A stretch of DNA of 19,686 nucleotides, from positions 1 to 19,686 of the forward strand of contig JBKJJJ010000157.1 in assembly GCA_046598045.1 (NCBI GenBank). Direction: 5' to 3'. A model generated the notes under the pieces. It was not told the DNA's origin. It ran no database searches and was given only the letters and a program-made list of their open reading frames with translations. A program made the translations under genes and the position numbers. Positions 1 to 7,178 of the stretch are shown one piece after another. Numbering within the stretch: position 1 is the stretch's first letter; every line of letters begins with the position of its first letter. The DNA comes from Candidatus Eiseniibacteriota bacterium (GTDB lineage Bacteria; Eisenbacteria; RBG-16-71-46; DASYSL01).

Positions 1-837
1 GAGGCTCTTCTCCGAGTAGCGCGCGACCAGGTGCGGGTCGGTGCGCGGGTTCCAGGCGTCGGTGTCGATGCCGTTCAGGATGCCCGACAGGTCGGCGCCG
101 CGCGTGCGCAGCAGCTCGTTGAGGCCGAAGCCGAACGTGCCGGTCTGGATCTCGCGCGCGTAGGTCGGGCTGACCGCCGAGAGCTTGTCCGCGAGCAGGA
201 GCCCGGTCTTGAGGAAGTTGATGCGCCCGGCCTTGAGGTCGTCCTGGTGGAGGAGCTTGGCTCCCTCCCCGAGGCCGAGGTCCAGGAGCACGTCCGAGCC
301 GAACACGCCCTGGTGCCCGAGATTGTGGATCGTGAGCAGGGAGCGCGTGCGCTCGAACAGGCGGTCCCACGCGTAGACGGTCTTGAGGTAGAGCGGCAGC
401 AGCGCGGTGTGCCAGTCGTGCGCGTGCGCGATGTCGGGCGCCCATTGCCAGCGCTGCGCGAGCTCGATGGCGGCGCGGGTGAGGACGACGAAGCGCAGGT
501 GCTCGTCGGCGTCCTGCGTGTAGATCGACGGCCGGTCGAACAGCGCCGGGCAGTCGATGAACCACGCGTCGAGCCCGGTGCCGGGGAACTTCGCGCGGAA
601 CACCCCGCACTCGAACGCGTGGCGGGCACCGGGGATCACGATGCGGCCCGGGCCGTCGACGGGCGTGAGCTCCCGGGCTTGCTCCCGCACCCGCGGATAG
701 AGCGGTAACACGACGCGCACGTCGTGCCCCAAGCCCGCCAGCTCGCGGGGGAGCGAAAACGACACGTCCGCGAGGCCGCCGGTCTTGGCGAAGGGCGCTG
801 CCTCGGCGGTGACGAACAGAACCTTGAGTGGGATCAT
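1..837 (-). CDS. glgA: Glycogen synthase (GT5), 5' part; continues beyond the left window edge
   Basis: Absent from the ORF track because there is no stop in the window. Manual translation from ATG at 837: MIPLKVLFVTAEAAPFAKTGGLADV (ADP-glucose-binding KTGGL motif), then HAHDWH, TIHNLGHQG, AVSPTYAREI and GILNGID..WNP, all typical of GlgA. Confidence 0.95.
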   Translation of the reverse strand, partial: MIPLKVLFVTAEAAPFAKTGGLADVSFSLPRELAGLGHDVRVVLPLYPRVREQARELTPVDGPGRIVIPGARHAFECGVFRAKFPGTGLDAWFIDCPALFDRPSIYTQDADEHLRFVVLTRAAIELAQRWQWAPDIAHAHDWHTALLPLYLKTVYAWDRLFERTRSLLTIHNLGHQGVFGSDVLLDLGLGEGAKLLHQDDLKAGRINFLKTGLLLADKLSAVSPTYAREIQTGTFGFGLNELLRTRGADLSGILNGIDTDAWNPRTDPHLVARYSEKSL

Positions 838-846
838 GCGCGCGGC

Positions 847-853
847 TAGACTA
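847..853. promoter_or_regulatory. Putative bidirectional -10 element between glgA and the ATP-grasp/glgB operon
   Basis: TAGACTA reads TAGACT on + (847-852, 11 nt before ATG 864) and TAGTCT on - (853-848, 10 nt before ATG 837). The intergenic gap is only 26 bp with no clear RBS. Confidence 0.5.
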
Positions 854-863
854 CCCCATCCCC

Positions 864-2084
864 ATGCGCCCCGTCATCTTCGTCGCGCCCTACTTTCTCG
901 AAGCCACGCTGCGCTTCGTCGATGCCGTCTCCCGGCTCGACGAGGTGAGGCTCGCCGTGGTGTCGACCGACCCTGAGGACAAGCTGCCGCCGGGCCTGCG
1001 CTCGCGGCTGGCGGTGCACTACCGGGTCGACGATTGCCTCGATCCCTTACAGATCGAGCGCGCCGCGCGCGCGATCGCGCAGCACCTCGGGCTGCCGGCG
1101 AGGCTGATCGGTACGCTCGAGGAATTGCAGGTCCCGCTCGCGCTCGCGCGCGAGGCGCTCGGCGTGCCCGGGCTCTCCTCCGAGGCGGCGGCGAACTTTC
1201 GCGACAAGGCGCGCATGAAGTCCGTGCTCGAGAGCGCCGGCCTGCCGTGCGCGCGCCACACGCTCGCGCGCTCGCTCGTCGAGGCCGCCGCGTTCGCCGG
1301 GCGCGTCGGCTATCCGCTGGTTGCGAAGCCGCAGGCGGGGGCGGGGGCGCGCAATACGTTCCGCCTCGACTCGGGCGAACAACTCGACGCCGCGTGTGCG
1401 CACATGCCGCCAGGGCAGGACGCGCCGATGATGCTCGAGGAGTTCGTCACCGGCGAGGAGCACTCGTTCGACGCGGTCGTGGTCAACGGCGAGCCCGCGT
1501 GGTACTCGATCAGCCGCTACGCGCCGTCGCCGCTCGAGGTGCTGCGCGAGCCGTGGATCCAGTGGTGCGTGCTCCTGCCGCGCGCGATCGACGGGCCTGA
1601 GTACGGCGCGATCCGGCGCGACGGCTTCGCCGCGCTCTCGGCGCTCGGGCTCGAGACCGGGTTCGCGCACATGGAGTGGTTCCGGAAGACGGACGGCGAA
1701 GTCGCGATCTCGGAGGTGGGCGCGCGGCCGCCGGGCGCGCAGTTCACGACGCTGATCTCCTACGCGCACGACACCGACTTCTACCGCGCCTGGGCGCGGC
1801 TCGCAACGCTCGACCAGTTCGACGCGCCGGAGCGCCGCTATGCGGTCGGCTGCGCGTACCTGCGCGGGCAGGGCATGGGGCGCGTGCGCCGCGTGCTCGG
1901 GCTCGACCGGATCGCGCAGGACCTCGGGTCGCTCGTGGTCGAGGCGCACCTGCCGCAGGCGGGCCAGGCGCCCGCGGGCACGTACGAGGGCGAGGGCTAC
2001 ATCATCGTGCGCCATCCCGAGACCCGCGTGGTCGAGGACGCGCTCGAGGCCGTGGTCTCGAACATCCGCGTGGAGCTCGCATGA
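864..2084 (+). CDS. ATP-grasp domain ligase (L-amino-acid-ligase-like), paralog 1
   Basis: Motifs FRDKARMK, GYPLVAKPQAGAGA, EEFVTGEEHSFD, HMEWF and EVGARPPG. Start placed at ATG 864 (MRPVIFVAPYF) because the track start at 828 overlaps glgA. Confidence 0.88.
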   Translation: MRPVIFVAPYFLEATLRFVDAVSRLDEVRLAVVSTDPEDKLPPGLRSRLAVHYRVDDCLDPLQIERAARAIAQHLGLPARLIGTLEELQVPLALAREALGVPGLSSEAAANFRDKARMKSVLESAGLPCARHTLARSLVEAAAFAGRVGYPLVAKPQAGAGARNTFRLDSGEQLDAACAHMPPGQDAPMMLEEFVTGEEHSFDAVVVNGEPAWYSISRYAPSPLEVLREPWIQWCVLLPRAIDGPEYGAIRRDGFAALSALGLETGFAHMEWFRKTDGEVAISEVGARPPGAQFTTLISYAHDTDFYRAWARLATLDQFDAPERRYAVGCAYLRGQGMGRVRRVLGLDRIAQDLGSLVVEAHLPQAGQAPAGTYEGEGYIIVRHPETRVVEDALEAVVSNIRVELA

Positions 2085-3298
2085 ACGTCCTGTTCCTCTC
2101 TCCCGGTTACCCGCCCGAGATGCCGAAGTTCGTCCGGGGCCTCGCGGAGTCCGGCGCGCGCGTGATCGGGCTCGGCGACCAGTCCGAGCGCGTGCTGCCC
2201 CCGGACGCGCGCGACCATCTCGCGGCGTACGTCCAGGGGCCGGGCTTCGCCGACGAGGAGCGCCTCGTCGCCGAGTCGCTCAAGATCGCCGAGCACGTGC
2301 GCATCGACCGCGTGGTCGCGCTCTGGGAGCCGCTGATGATCGTGGCGGCGCGCATCAGGGAGGCGATCGGCGCGCCCGGCATGACGGTGGCCGAGACGGT
2401 GCCCTTCCGCGACAAGGAAGTGATGAAGCAGGTGCTCGACGGCGCCGGCATCCGGACGCCGCGCCACGCCAATGCGCACGACATCGCCGGGGTGCGCGCG
2501 GCGATCGCGCGGATCGGCTACCCGGCGATCATCAAGCCGATCGCGGGGGCGGGCTCGGCCGACACGTTTCGGCTCGACGACGCCGAAGCGCTCGAGGCCG
2601 CGCTCCCGAAGCTGCGCCACGTGCCCGAGGTCAGCGTCGAGGAGTTCATCGACGGCGAGGAGTTCACGTTCGACACGGTGTGTGGCGACGGGAAGATCCT
2701 CTACTACAACATCTGCTGGTACCGGCCGCGGCCGCTGCTCGCGCGGCAGCTCGAGTGGGTGAGCCCGCAGACCGTCGCGCTGCGCGATCCCGATGCGCCC
2801 GACCTCGCCGGCGGGAAGGCGCTGGGCGAGGCGGTGCTGAAGGCGATGAACTTCCGCGAGGGCTTCACGCACATGGAGTGGTACCGGAAGGCGGACGGCG
2901 AGGTCGTGTTCGGCGAGATCGGGGCGCGCCCCCCGGGCGCGTTCACGGTCGATCTCATGAATTACGCGTCCGACATCGATCTCTTTCGCGGCTTCGGCGA
3001 GGCGATCGTGCACGGGCGCTTCCCGCAGCCGATCACGCGCAAGTACAACGCGATCTCGATCTTCAAGCGCGCGCAGGGCGAGGGCACGATCCGCCGCATC
3101 GAGGGCCTCGGCCCGCTGCTGGCGGAGTTCGGGCCGCATGTCGCCGCGCTCGACCTGCTGCCCGTCGGCGCGCAGCGGCGGGACTGGAAGCAGACGCTGA
3201 TCTCCGACGGCATGGTGATCGTGCGCCAGCCCGACCTCGAGACCGTGATGCACATCGCGGACCGGATCGGCATGGAGCTCCAGATGGTCGCCTCGTGA
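2081..3298 (+). CDS. ATP-grasp domain ligase, paralog 2
   Basis: ATG at 2081 overlaps the upstream stop (ATGA). Begins MNVLFLSPGYP; motifs FRDKEVMK, GYPAIIKPIAGAGS, EEFIDGEEFTFD, HMEWY and EIGARPPG. Confidence 0.88.
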   Translation: MNVLFLSPGYPPEMPKFVRGLAESGARVIGLGDQSERVLPPDARDHLAAYVQGPGFADEERLVAESLKIAEHVRIDRVVALWEPLMIVAARIREAIGAPGMTVAETVPFRDKEVMKQVLDGAGIRTPRHANAHDIAGVRAAIARIGYPAIIKPIAGAGSADTFRLDDAEALEAALPKLRHVPEVSVEEFIDGEEFTFDTVCGDGKILYYNICWYRPRPLLARQLEWVSPQTVALRDPDAPDLAGGKALGEAVLKAMNFREGFTHMEWYRKADGEVVFGEIGARPPGAFTVDLMNYASDIDLFRGFGEAIVHGRFPQPITRKYNAISIFKRAQGEGTIRRIEGLGPLLAEFGPHVAALDLLPVGAQRRDWKQTLISDGMVIVRQPDLETVMHIADRIGMELQMVAS

Positions 3299-5535
3299 CG
3301 CTCGCCCCGGCCGACGTCCTCCGCCTCACGCGCGGGGAGCACGGGGAGCCGTTCGCGGCGCTCGGGCCGCACGTCGTGCAGGGCGCGGACGGACGCCCGG
3401 CGCTCGCGATCCGCGCGTTCGTCCCGGGCGCGATCATGGTGAAGGTCAAGCGCGGGCGCGGCTCCACGGTGATGGAGCGCGTCCACGAGTCAGGCCTGTT
3501 CGAGGCCGTGTTCGAGGGCGAGGGCGCGCCGTTCGCCTACAAGCTCGAGATCACGCTCGTCCTGGGCGGCGACTCGGTGACCGTGGTGCGCGACGATCCC
3601 TACCGCTTCGGCCCGATCCTGACCTCGTTCGACCTCCACCTGTTCGCCGAGGGCACGCACGTCGAGCTCTATGACCGCATGGGCGCCCATGCCCGCGCGC
3701 ACGAGCGCGTGCCGGGCGTCGCGTTCGCGGTGTGGGCGCCGCACGCGCAGCGCGTGAGCGTGGTCGGCAACTTCAATCGCTGGGAGGGCCGCGCGCACCC
3801 GATGCGCCTGAGGCCCGAGGCCGGCATCTGGGAGCTGTTCGTGCCGGGGCTCGGCCCGGGCGAGGTCTACAAGTACGAGATCCTCGGCGCCGACGGCGTG
3901 CGGCGCGGGAAGGCCGATCCGCTCGGGCGCTTCATGGAGCGCCGGCCCGATACCGCGTCGATCGTCGTGAGCGAGCAGACGCGCCCGTGGAAGGACACCG
4001 CGTGGGTGCGTCGCCGCGCGCGCGCGCAGGCGCCCGACCAGCCGATGTCGATCTACGAGGTCCACCTCGGCTCATGGAAACGCGGCCCGGTCGAGGACGA
4101 GGAGGCCGAGCCCGGCGGGCGGTTCCTCTCGTGGAACGAACTCGCCGAGCAGCTCGTGCCCTACGTGGCGGACCTCGGATTCACGCACCTCGAGTTGATG
4201 CCCGTGACCGAGCACCCGCTGGATCAGTCCTGGGGCTACCAGACCGTGGGCTACTTCGCGCCCACGGCGCGCTTCGGCACGCCGGACGAGTTCCGAGCGT
4301 TCGTCGACGCGGCGCACGCGGCCGGCCTCGGCGTGCTGCTCGACTGGGCGCCCGCACATTTCCCGAAGGACGCGCACGGGCTCGCGGTGTTCGACGGCGC
4401 GCATCTCTATGAACACGCCGACCCGCGCAAGGGCCAGCACCCCGACTGGGGCACGTCGATCTTCAACTACGGCCGGCCCGAGGTCGCCGAGTTCCTGTGG
4501 TCGTCCGCGCTCTACTGGATCGACCGCTTCCACATCGACGGCTTGCGCGTGGACGCCGTGGCGTCGATGCTCTACCTCGACTACTCGCGCAAGGAAGGCG
4601 AGTGGGAGCCGAACAAGTTCGGCGGGCGCGAGAACCTCGAGGCGGTCGAGTTCCTCAAGAAGTTCAACGCGCTCGTGCACGAGCGCTTCCCGGGCGCGCT
4701 CACGTTCGCCGAGGAGTCGACGTCGTGGCCCGGCGTATCGCGGCCGATCCACCTCGGCGGGCTCGGCTTCGACCTCAAGTGGAACCTGGGCTGGATGCAC
4801 GACACCCTCTACTACATGAAGCAGGACCCGATCTACCGCCGCTTCCACCACGCGAAGATGACGTTCTCGCTCTACTACGCGTGGAACGAGAACTACCTTC
4901 TGCCGCTCTCGCACGACGAGGTCGTGCACGGCAAGTACTCGCTGCTCGGCAAGATGCCGGGCGACGCGTGGGCGCGCTTCGCGAACCTGCGCGCGCTCTA
5001 CGCCTCGATGTTCGCGCACCCCGGCAAGAAGCTGCTGTTCATGGGCGGCGAGTTCGGGCAGTGGCGCGAGTGGAGCGACGCGCGCGGGCTCGACTGGCAC
5101 CTCCTGGACGACCCCGAGACCGGTGCGTTCCATCGCGGCATGCTCGCGTTCGTGCGCGAGCTCAATGGCGTGCTCAAGGCGCACCCCGCGCTCCACCAGG
5201 TCGACTACCACTGGGACGGGTTCGAGTGGATCGACAACGCCGACGTCGAGCAGAGCGTGCTCGTCTACGCGCGCTACGCGAAGGCCAGGGCCAGCCACGT
5301 CGTGATCGCCGCGAACTACACGCCGGTCACGCGCCAGGCGTACCGCGTCGGCGTCCCGGCGGCGGGGTCTTACGTCGAGTTCGTCAACTCCGACGCGCGC
5401 GCCTGGGGCGGGAGCGGCGTCGGCAATCCGCAGCGGCTCATCGCCGAGCCGATCCCGTGGCAGGGGCAGGAACAATCGGTGGTGCTCACGTTGCCGCCGC
5501 TCGCAGTCGTGTATCTCAAGCCGCAATCCCCATAA
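3295..5535 (+). CDS. glgB: 1,4-alpha-glucan branching enzyme (GH13)
   Basis: GTG at 3295 overlaps the upstream stop (GTGA). Motifs FAVWAP, YEVHLGSW, SWGYQ, DWAPAHF, DGLRVDAVASMLY, AEESTSW and LPLSHDEVVHGK. Confidence 0.96.
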   Translation: MTLAPADVLRLTRGEHGEPFAALGPHVVQGADGRPALAIRAFVPGAIMVKVKRGRGSTVMERVHESGLFEAVFEGEGAPFAYKLEITLVLGGDSVTVVRDDPYRFGPILTSFDLHLFAEGTHVELYDRMGAHARAHERVPGVAFAVWAPHAQRVSVVGNFNRWEGRAHPMRLRPEAGIWELFVPGLGPGEVYKYEILGADGVRRGKADPLGRFMERRPDTASIVVSEQTRPWKDTAWVRRRARAQAPDQPMSIYEVHLGSWKRGPVEDEEAEPGGRFLSWNELAEQLVPYVADLGFTHLELMPVTEHPLDQSWGYQTVGYFAPTARFGTPDEFRAFVDAAHAAGLGVLLDWAPAHFPKDAHGLAVFDGAHLYEHADPRKGQHPDWGTSIFNYGRPEVAEFLWSSALYWIDRFHIDGLRVDAVASMLYLDYSRKEGEWEPNKFGGRENLEAVEFLKKFNALVHERFPGALTFAEESTSWPGVSRPIHLGGLGFDLKWNLGWMHDTLYYMKQDPIYRRFHHAKMTFSLYYAWNENYLLPLSHDEVVHGKYSLLGKMPGDAWARFANLRALYASMFAHPGKKLLFMGGEFGQWREWSDARGLDWHLLDDPETGAFHRGMLAFVRELNGVLKAHPALHQVDYHWDGFEWIDNADVEQSVLVYARYAKARASHVVIAANYTPVTRQAYRVGVPAAGSYVEFVNSDARAWGGSGVGNPQRLIAEPIPWQGQEQSVVLTLPPLAVVYLKPQSP

Positions 5536-5546
5536 GGAGGCCCGTC

Positions 5547-6560
5547 ATGCGCCGACACTTCGCGTCCCTCATCCTCGCGCTGTGCGCCGCCCCGGCGGCC
5601 GCCGGCACGCCGGTCCATACGTTCTCGATCGTGGCGCGCGACTCGGTCACGGGCGACCTCGGCGTCGCGGTCCAGTCGCATTACTTCGCGGTCGGCCCCG
5701 TCGTGCCGTGGGCCGAGCCCGGCGTCGGCGCGGTCGCCACGCAGTCGCTGGTCGAGATCGCGTACGGCCCGCGCGGGCTGGCCTTGATGAAGGCCGGGAA
5801 ATCCGCCCCCGACGCGCTCGCGGAGCTGGTGGCGGCCGACTCGGGCCGCGGCGGGCGGCAGGTCGCGATGGTCGACACGCACGGGCGCGTCGCCGCCTAC
5901 AGCGGGCCGAAGTGCATCGCGGCCGCGGGGCACGAGGTCGGCGAACAATTCTCCTGCCAGGCGAACCTCATGGCGAACGACCGGGTGTGGCCGGCGATGG
6001 CGCGCGCCTACCGCGCGGCGAAGGGCGACCTCGCCGAGCGCCTGCTGCAAACGCTCGAGGCCGCGCAGGCTGCGGGCGGGGACATTCGCGGGCAGCAGTC
6101 GGCGGCGATCGTGATCGTGCACGGGACCGCGAGCGACCGCCCGTGGGCGGACCGCATCATGGACCTGCGCGTCGACGACTCGCCGCGCCCGATCAAGGAG
6201 TTGCGCCGGCTCGTGACCGCGTGGCGCGCGTACCGCTGGGTGGATCGCGGCGATTCGGCGGTGACGGCGAACGACTTGAAGGCCGCGCAGGTGGCATACA
6301 CCGAAGGCGCGCGCCTCGCGCCCGACAACATGGAGATCGTGTTCTGGGAGGCGGTCGGCCTGTTCTCGGTCGGGCAGGAGGACGCGGCGCTGCCGCTGTT
6401 CCGCACCGTCTTCAGGCGCGAGCCCGTGTGGAAGCAGCTCGTGCCGAGGCTGGCCGGGCCTGTGGCGTTGCTGCCGAATGATCCGGCCAAACTGCAGAGG
6501 ATCCTCGCGGCCGATTCTCGCGGTCCGATCTCTTCCAAGAAAAATACCTCTCGCAACTGA
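5547..6560 (+). CDS. Secreted DUF1028 (Ntn-hydrolase-like) protein with C-terminal TPR-like helices
   Basis: AAGGAGG RBS at 5534-5540 and signal-peptide-like N-terminus MRRHFASLILALCAAPAAA. DUF1028-type motifs TFSIVARD..TG.LGVAVQS, GVGAVATQ, GGDIRGQQSAA and DLRVDD. Helical tail YTEGARLAPDNMEIVFW. Confidence 0.85.
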   Translation: MRRHFASLILALCAAPAAAGTPVHTFSIVARDSVTGDLGVAVQSHYFAVGPVVPWAEPGVGAVATQSLVEIAYGPRGLALMKAGKSAPDALAELVAADSGRGGRQVAMVDTHGRVAAYSGPKCIAAAGHEVGEQFSCQANLMANDRVWPAMARAYRAAKGDLAERLLQTLEAAQAAGGDIRGQQSAAIVIVHGTASDRPWADRIMDLRVDDSPRPIKELRRLVTAWRAYRWVDRGDSAVTANDLKAAQVAYTEGARLAPDNMEIVFWEAVGLFSVGQEDAALPLFRTVFRREPVWKQLVPRLAGPVALLPNDPAKLQRILAADSRGPISSKKNTSRN

Positions 6561-6565
6561 CGTCT

Positions 6566-6595
6566 TTGAAACGGCGTTGAAACGGCGTTGATACG
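6566..6595 (+). repeat. 11-bp tandem direct repeat TTGAAACGGCG x2 plus a partial TTGATACG
   Basis: Read directly at 6566-6576, 6577-6587 and 6588-6595. Confidence 0.85.
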
Positions 6596-6612
6596 TCCAT
6601 GAGCGCCCGGAC

Positions 6613-6641
6613 TTGCCGACCCGCCGCCCAGCCGTCATGCT
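6613..6641 (+). promoter_or_regulatory. Putative sigma70-type promoter TTGCCG-N17-CATGCT pointing antisense into msrB
   Basis: 17-bp spacing. The -35 context GCCCGGACTTGCCG (6605-6618) is identical to that upstream of the ABC gene (14317-14330). Confidence 0.35.
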
Positions 6642-6660
6642 GGCCTCGAGTCGTCAGGAG

Positions 6661-7074
6661 CTACTCGACCTTCGGGTCCTTCGGATCCTTCGGCGCGAGG
6701 TCGAGCGACGCCGAGTTGACGCAGAAGCGCAGGCCCGTCGGCAGCGGCCCGTCGTCGAAGAGATGGCCGAGGTGCGCGTCGCACTTCGCGCAGCGGATCT
6801 CTTCGCGCACCATCCCGTGCGTCGTGTCCTTGACGATCTTGACGCGGTCGTCACCGCTCGTGCGCCAGAAACTCGGCCAGCCGCTCCCGGAGTCGTACTT
6901 CTCGTCGGAGCGGAACAGTTCGCTGCCGCAGCACACGCAGCGGTAGATGCCGTCCTCGTGGCAATTCCAGTACTTGCCCGTGAACGCGCGCTCGGTGTCG
7001 CCCTCGCGCGCGACCCGGAATTGCTCGGGCGTGAGCTTGCTCTGCCAGTCGGTCTCAGGGGTCTCGGCGGACAT
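6661..7074 (-). CDS. msrB: Peptide-methionine (R)-S-oxide reductase, Zn-binding, Cys-type
   Basis: TERAFTG, CVCC, KYDSGSGWPSF, CAKCDAHLGHLFDDGP and GLRFCVNSASL. Start at ATG 7074 with a GGAGGA-type RBS upstream. Confidence 0.95.
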   Translation of the reverse strand: MSAETPETDWQSKLTPEQFRVAREGDTERAFTGKYWNCHEDGIYRCVCCGSELFRSDEKYDSGSGWPSFWRTSGDDRVKIVKDTTHGMVREEIRCAKCDAHLGHLFDDGPLPTGLRFCVNSASLDLAPKDPKDPKVE

Positions 7075-7106
7075 GGGTCCTCCTCGGACTTGAAGTTGAG
7101 GTCTCG

Positions 7107-7115
7107 ATTCTATCA
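7107..7115 (-). promoter_or_regulatory. Putative extended -10 promoter of msrB (TGATAGAAT)
   Basis: The reverse complement of ATTCTATCA matches TGnTAnnnT, 32 nt upstream of the msrB ATG. Confidence 0.5.
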
Positions 7116-7178
7116 GGAGTACGGCCAAAAGCGGCCCCGGTGACGTGGTCGGGGCCTTCCCCTCGTGAAAGGAATGTC

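Noticed and set aside
1840..3294. N-terminal extension of the 1231-aa ORF, suggesting a giant GlgB fusion
   Set aside because: It is an Arg/Ala-rich off-frame read-through of the ATP-grasp genes. GlgB-like sequence begins only at GTG 3295. The same applies to the extended starts at 1676, 4497, 11053 and 11544.
864..3298. ATP-grasp RiPP (graspetide) cluster
   Set aside because: No precursor peptide ORF is visible, the genes are tightly packed with glg genes, and the motifs resemble amino-acid ligases rather than RimK/MvdD-type enzymes.
6566..6595. TTGAAAC resembles the 3' end of some CRISPR repeats
   Set aside because: The units are 11 bp and directly adjacent, with no spacers and no cas genes in the window.
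6661..7074. Possible selenocysteine-containing MsrB, given selD nearby
   Set aside because: The catalytic residue in RFCVNS is encoded by TGC and there is no in-frame TGA. SelD itself also has Cys.
6613..7143. + strand 176-aa ORF as the target of the orphan promoter
   Set aside because: It is the antisense shadow of msrB, its start lies inside the putative promoter, and it has no recognisable motifs.
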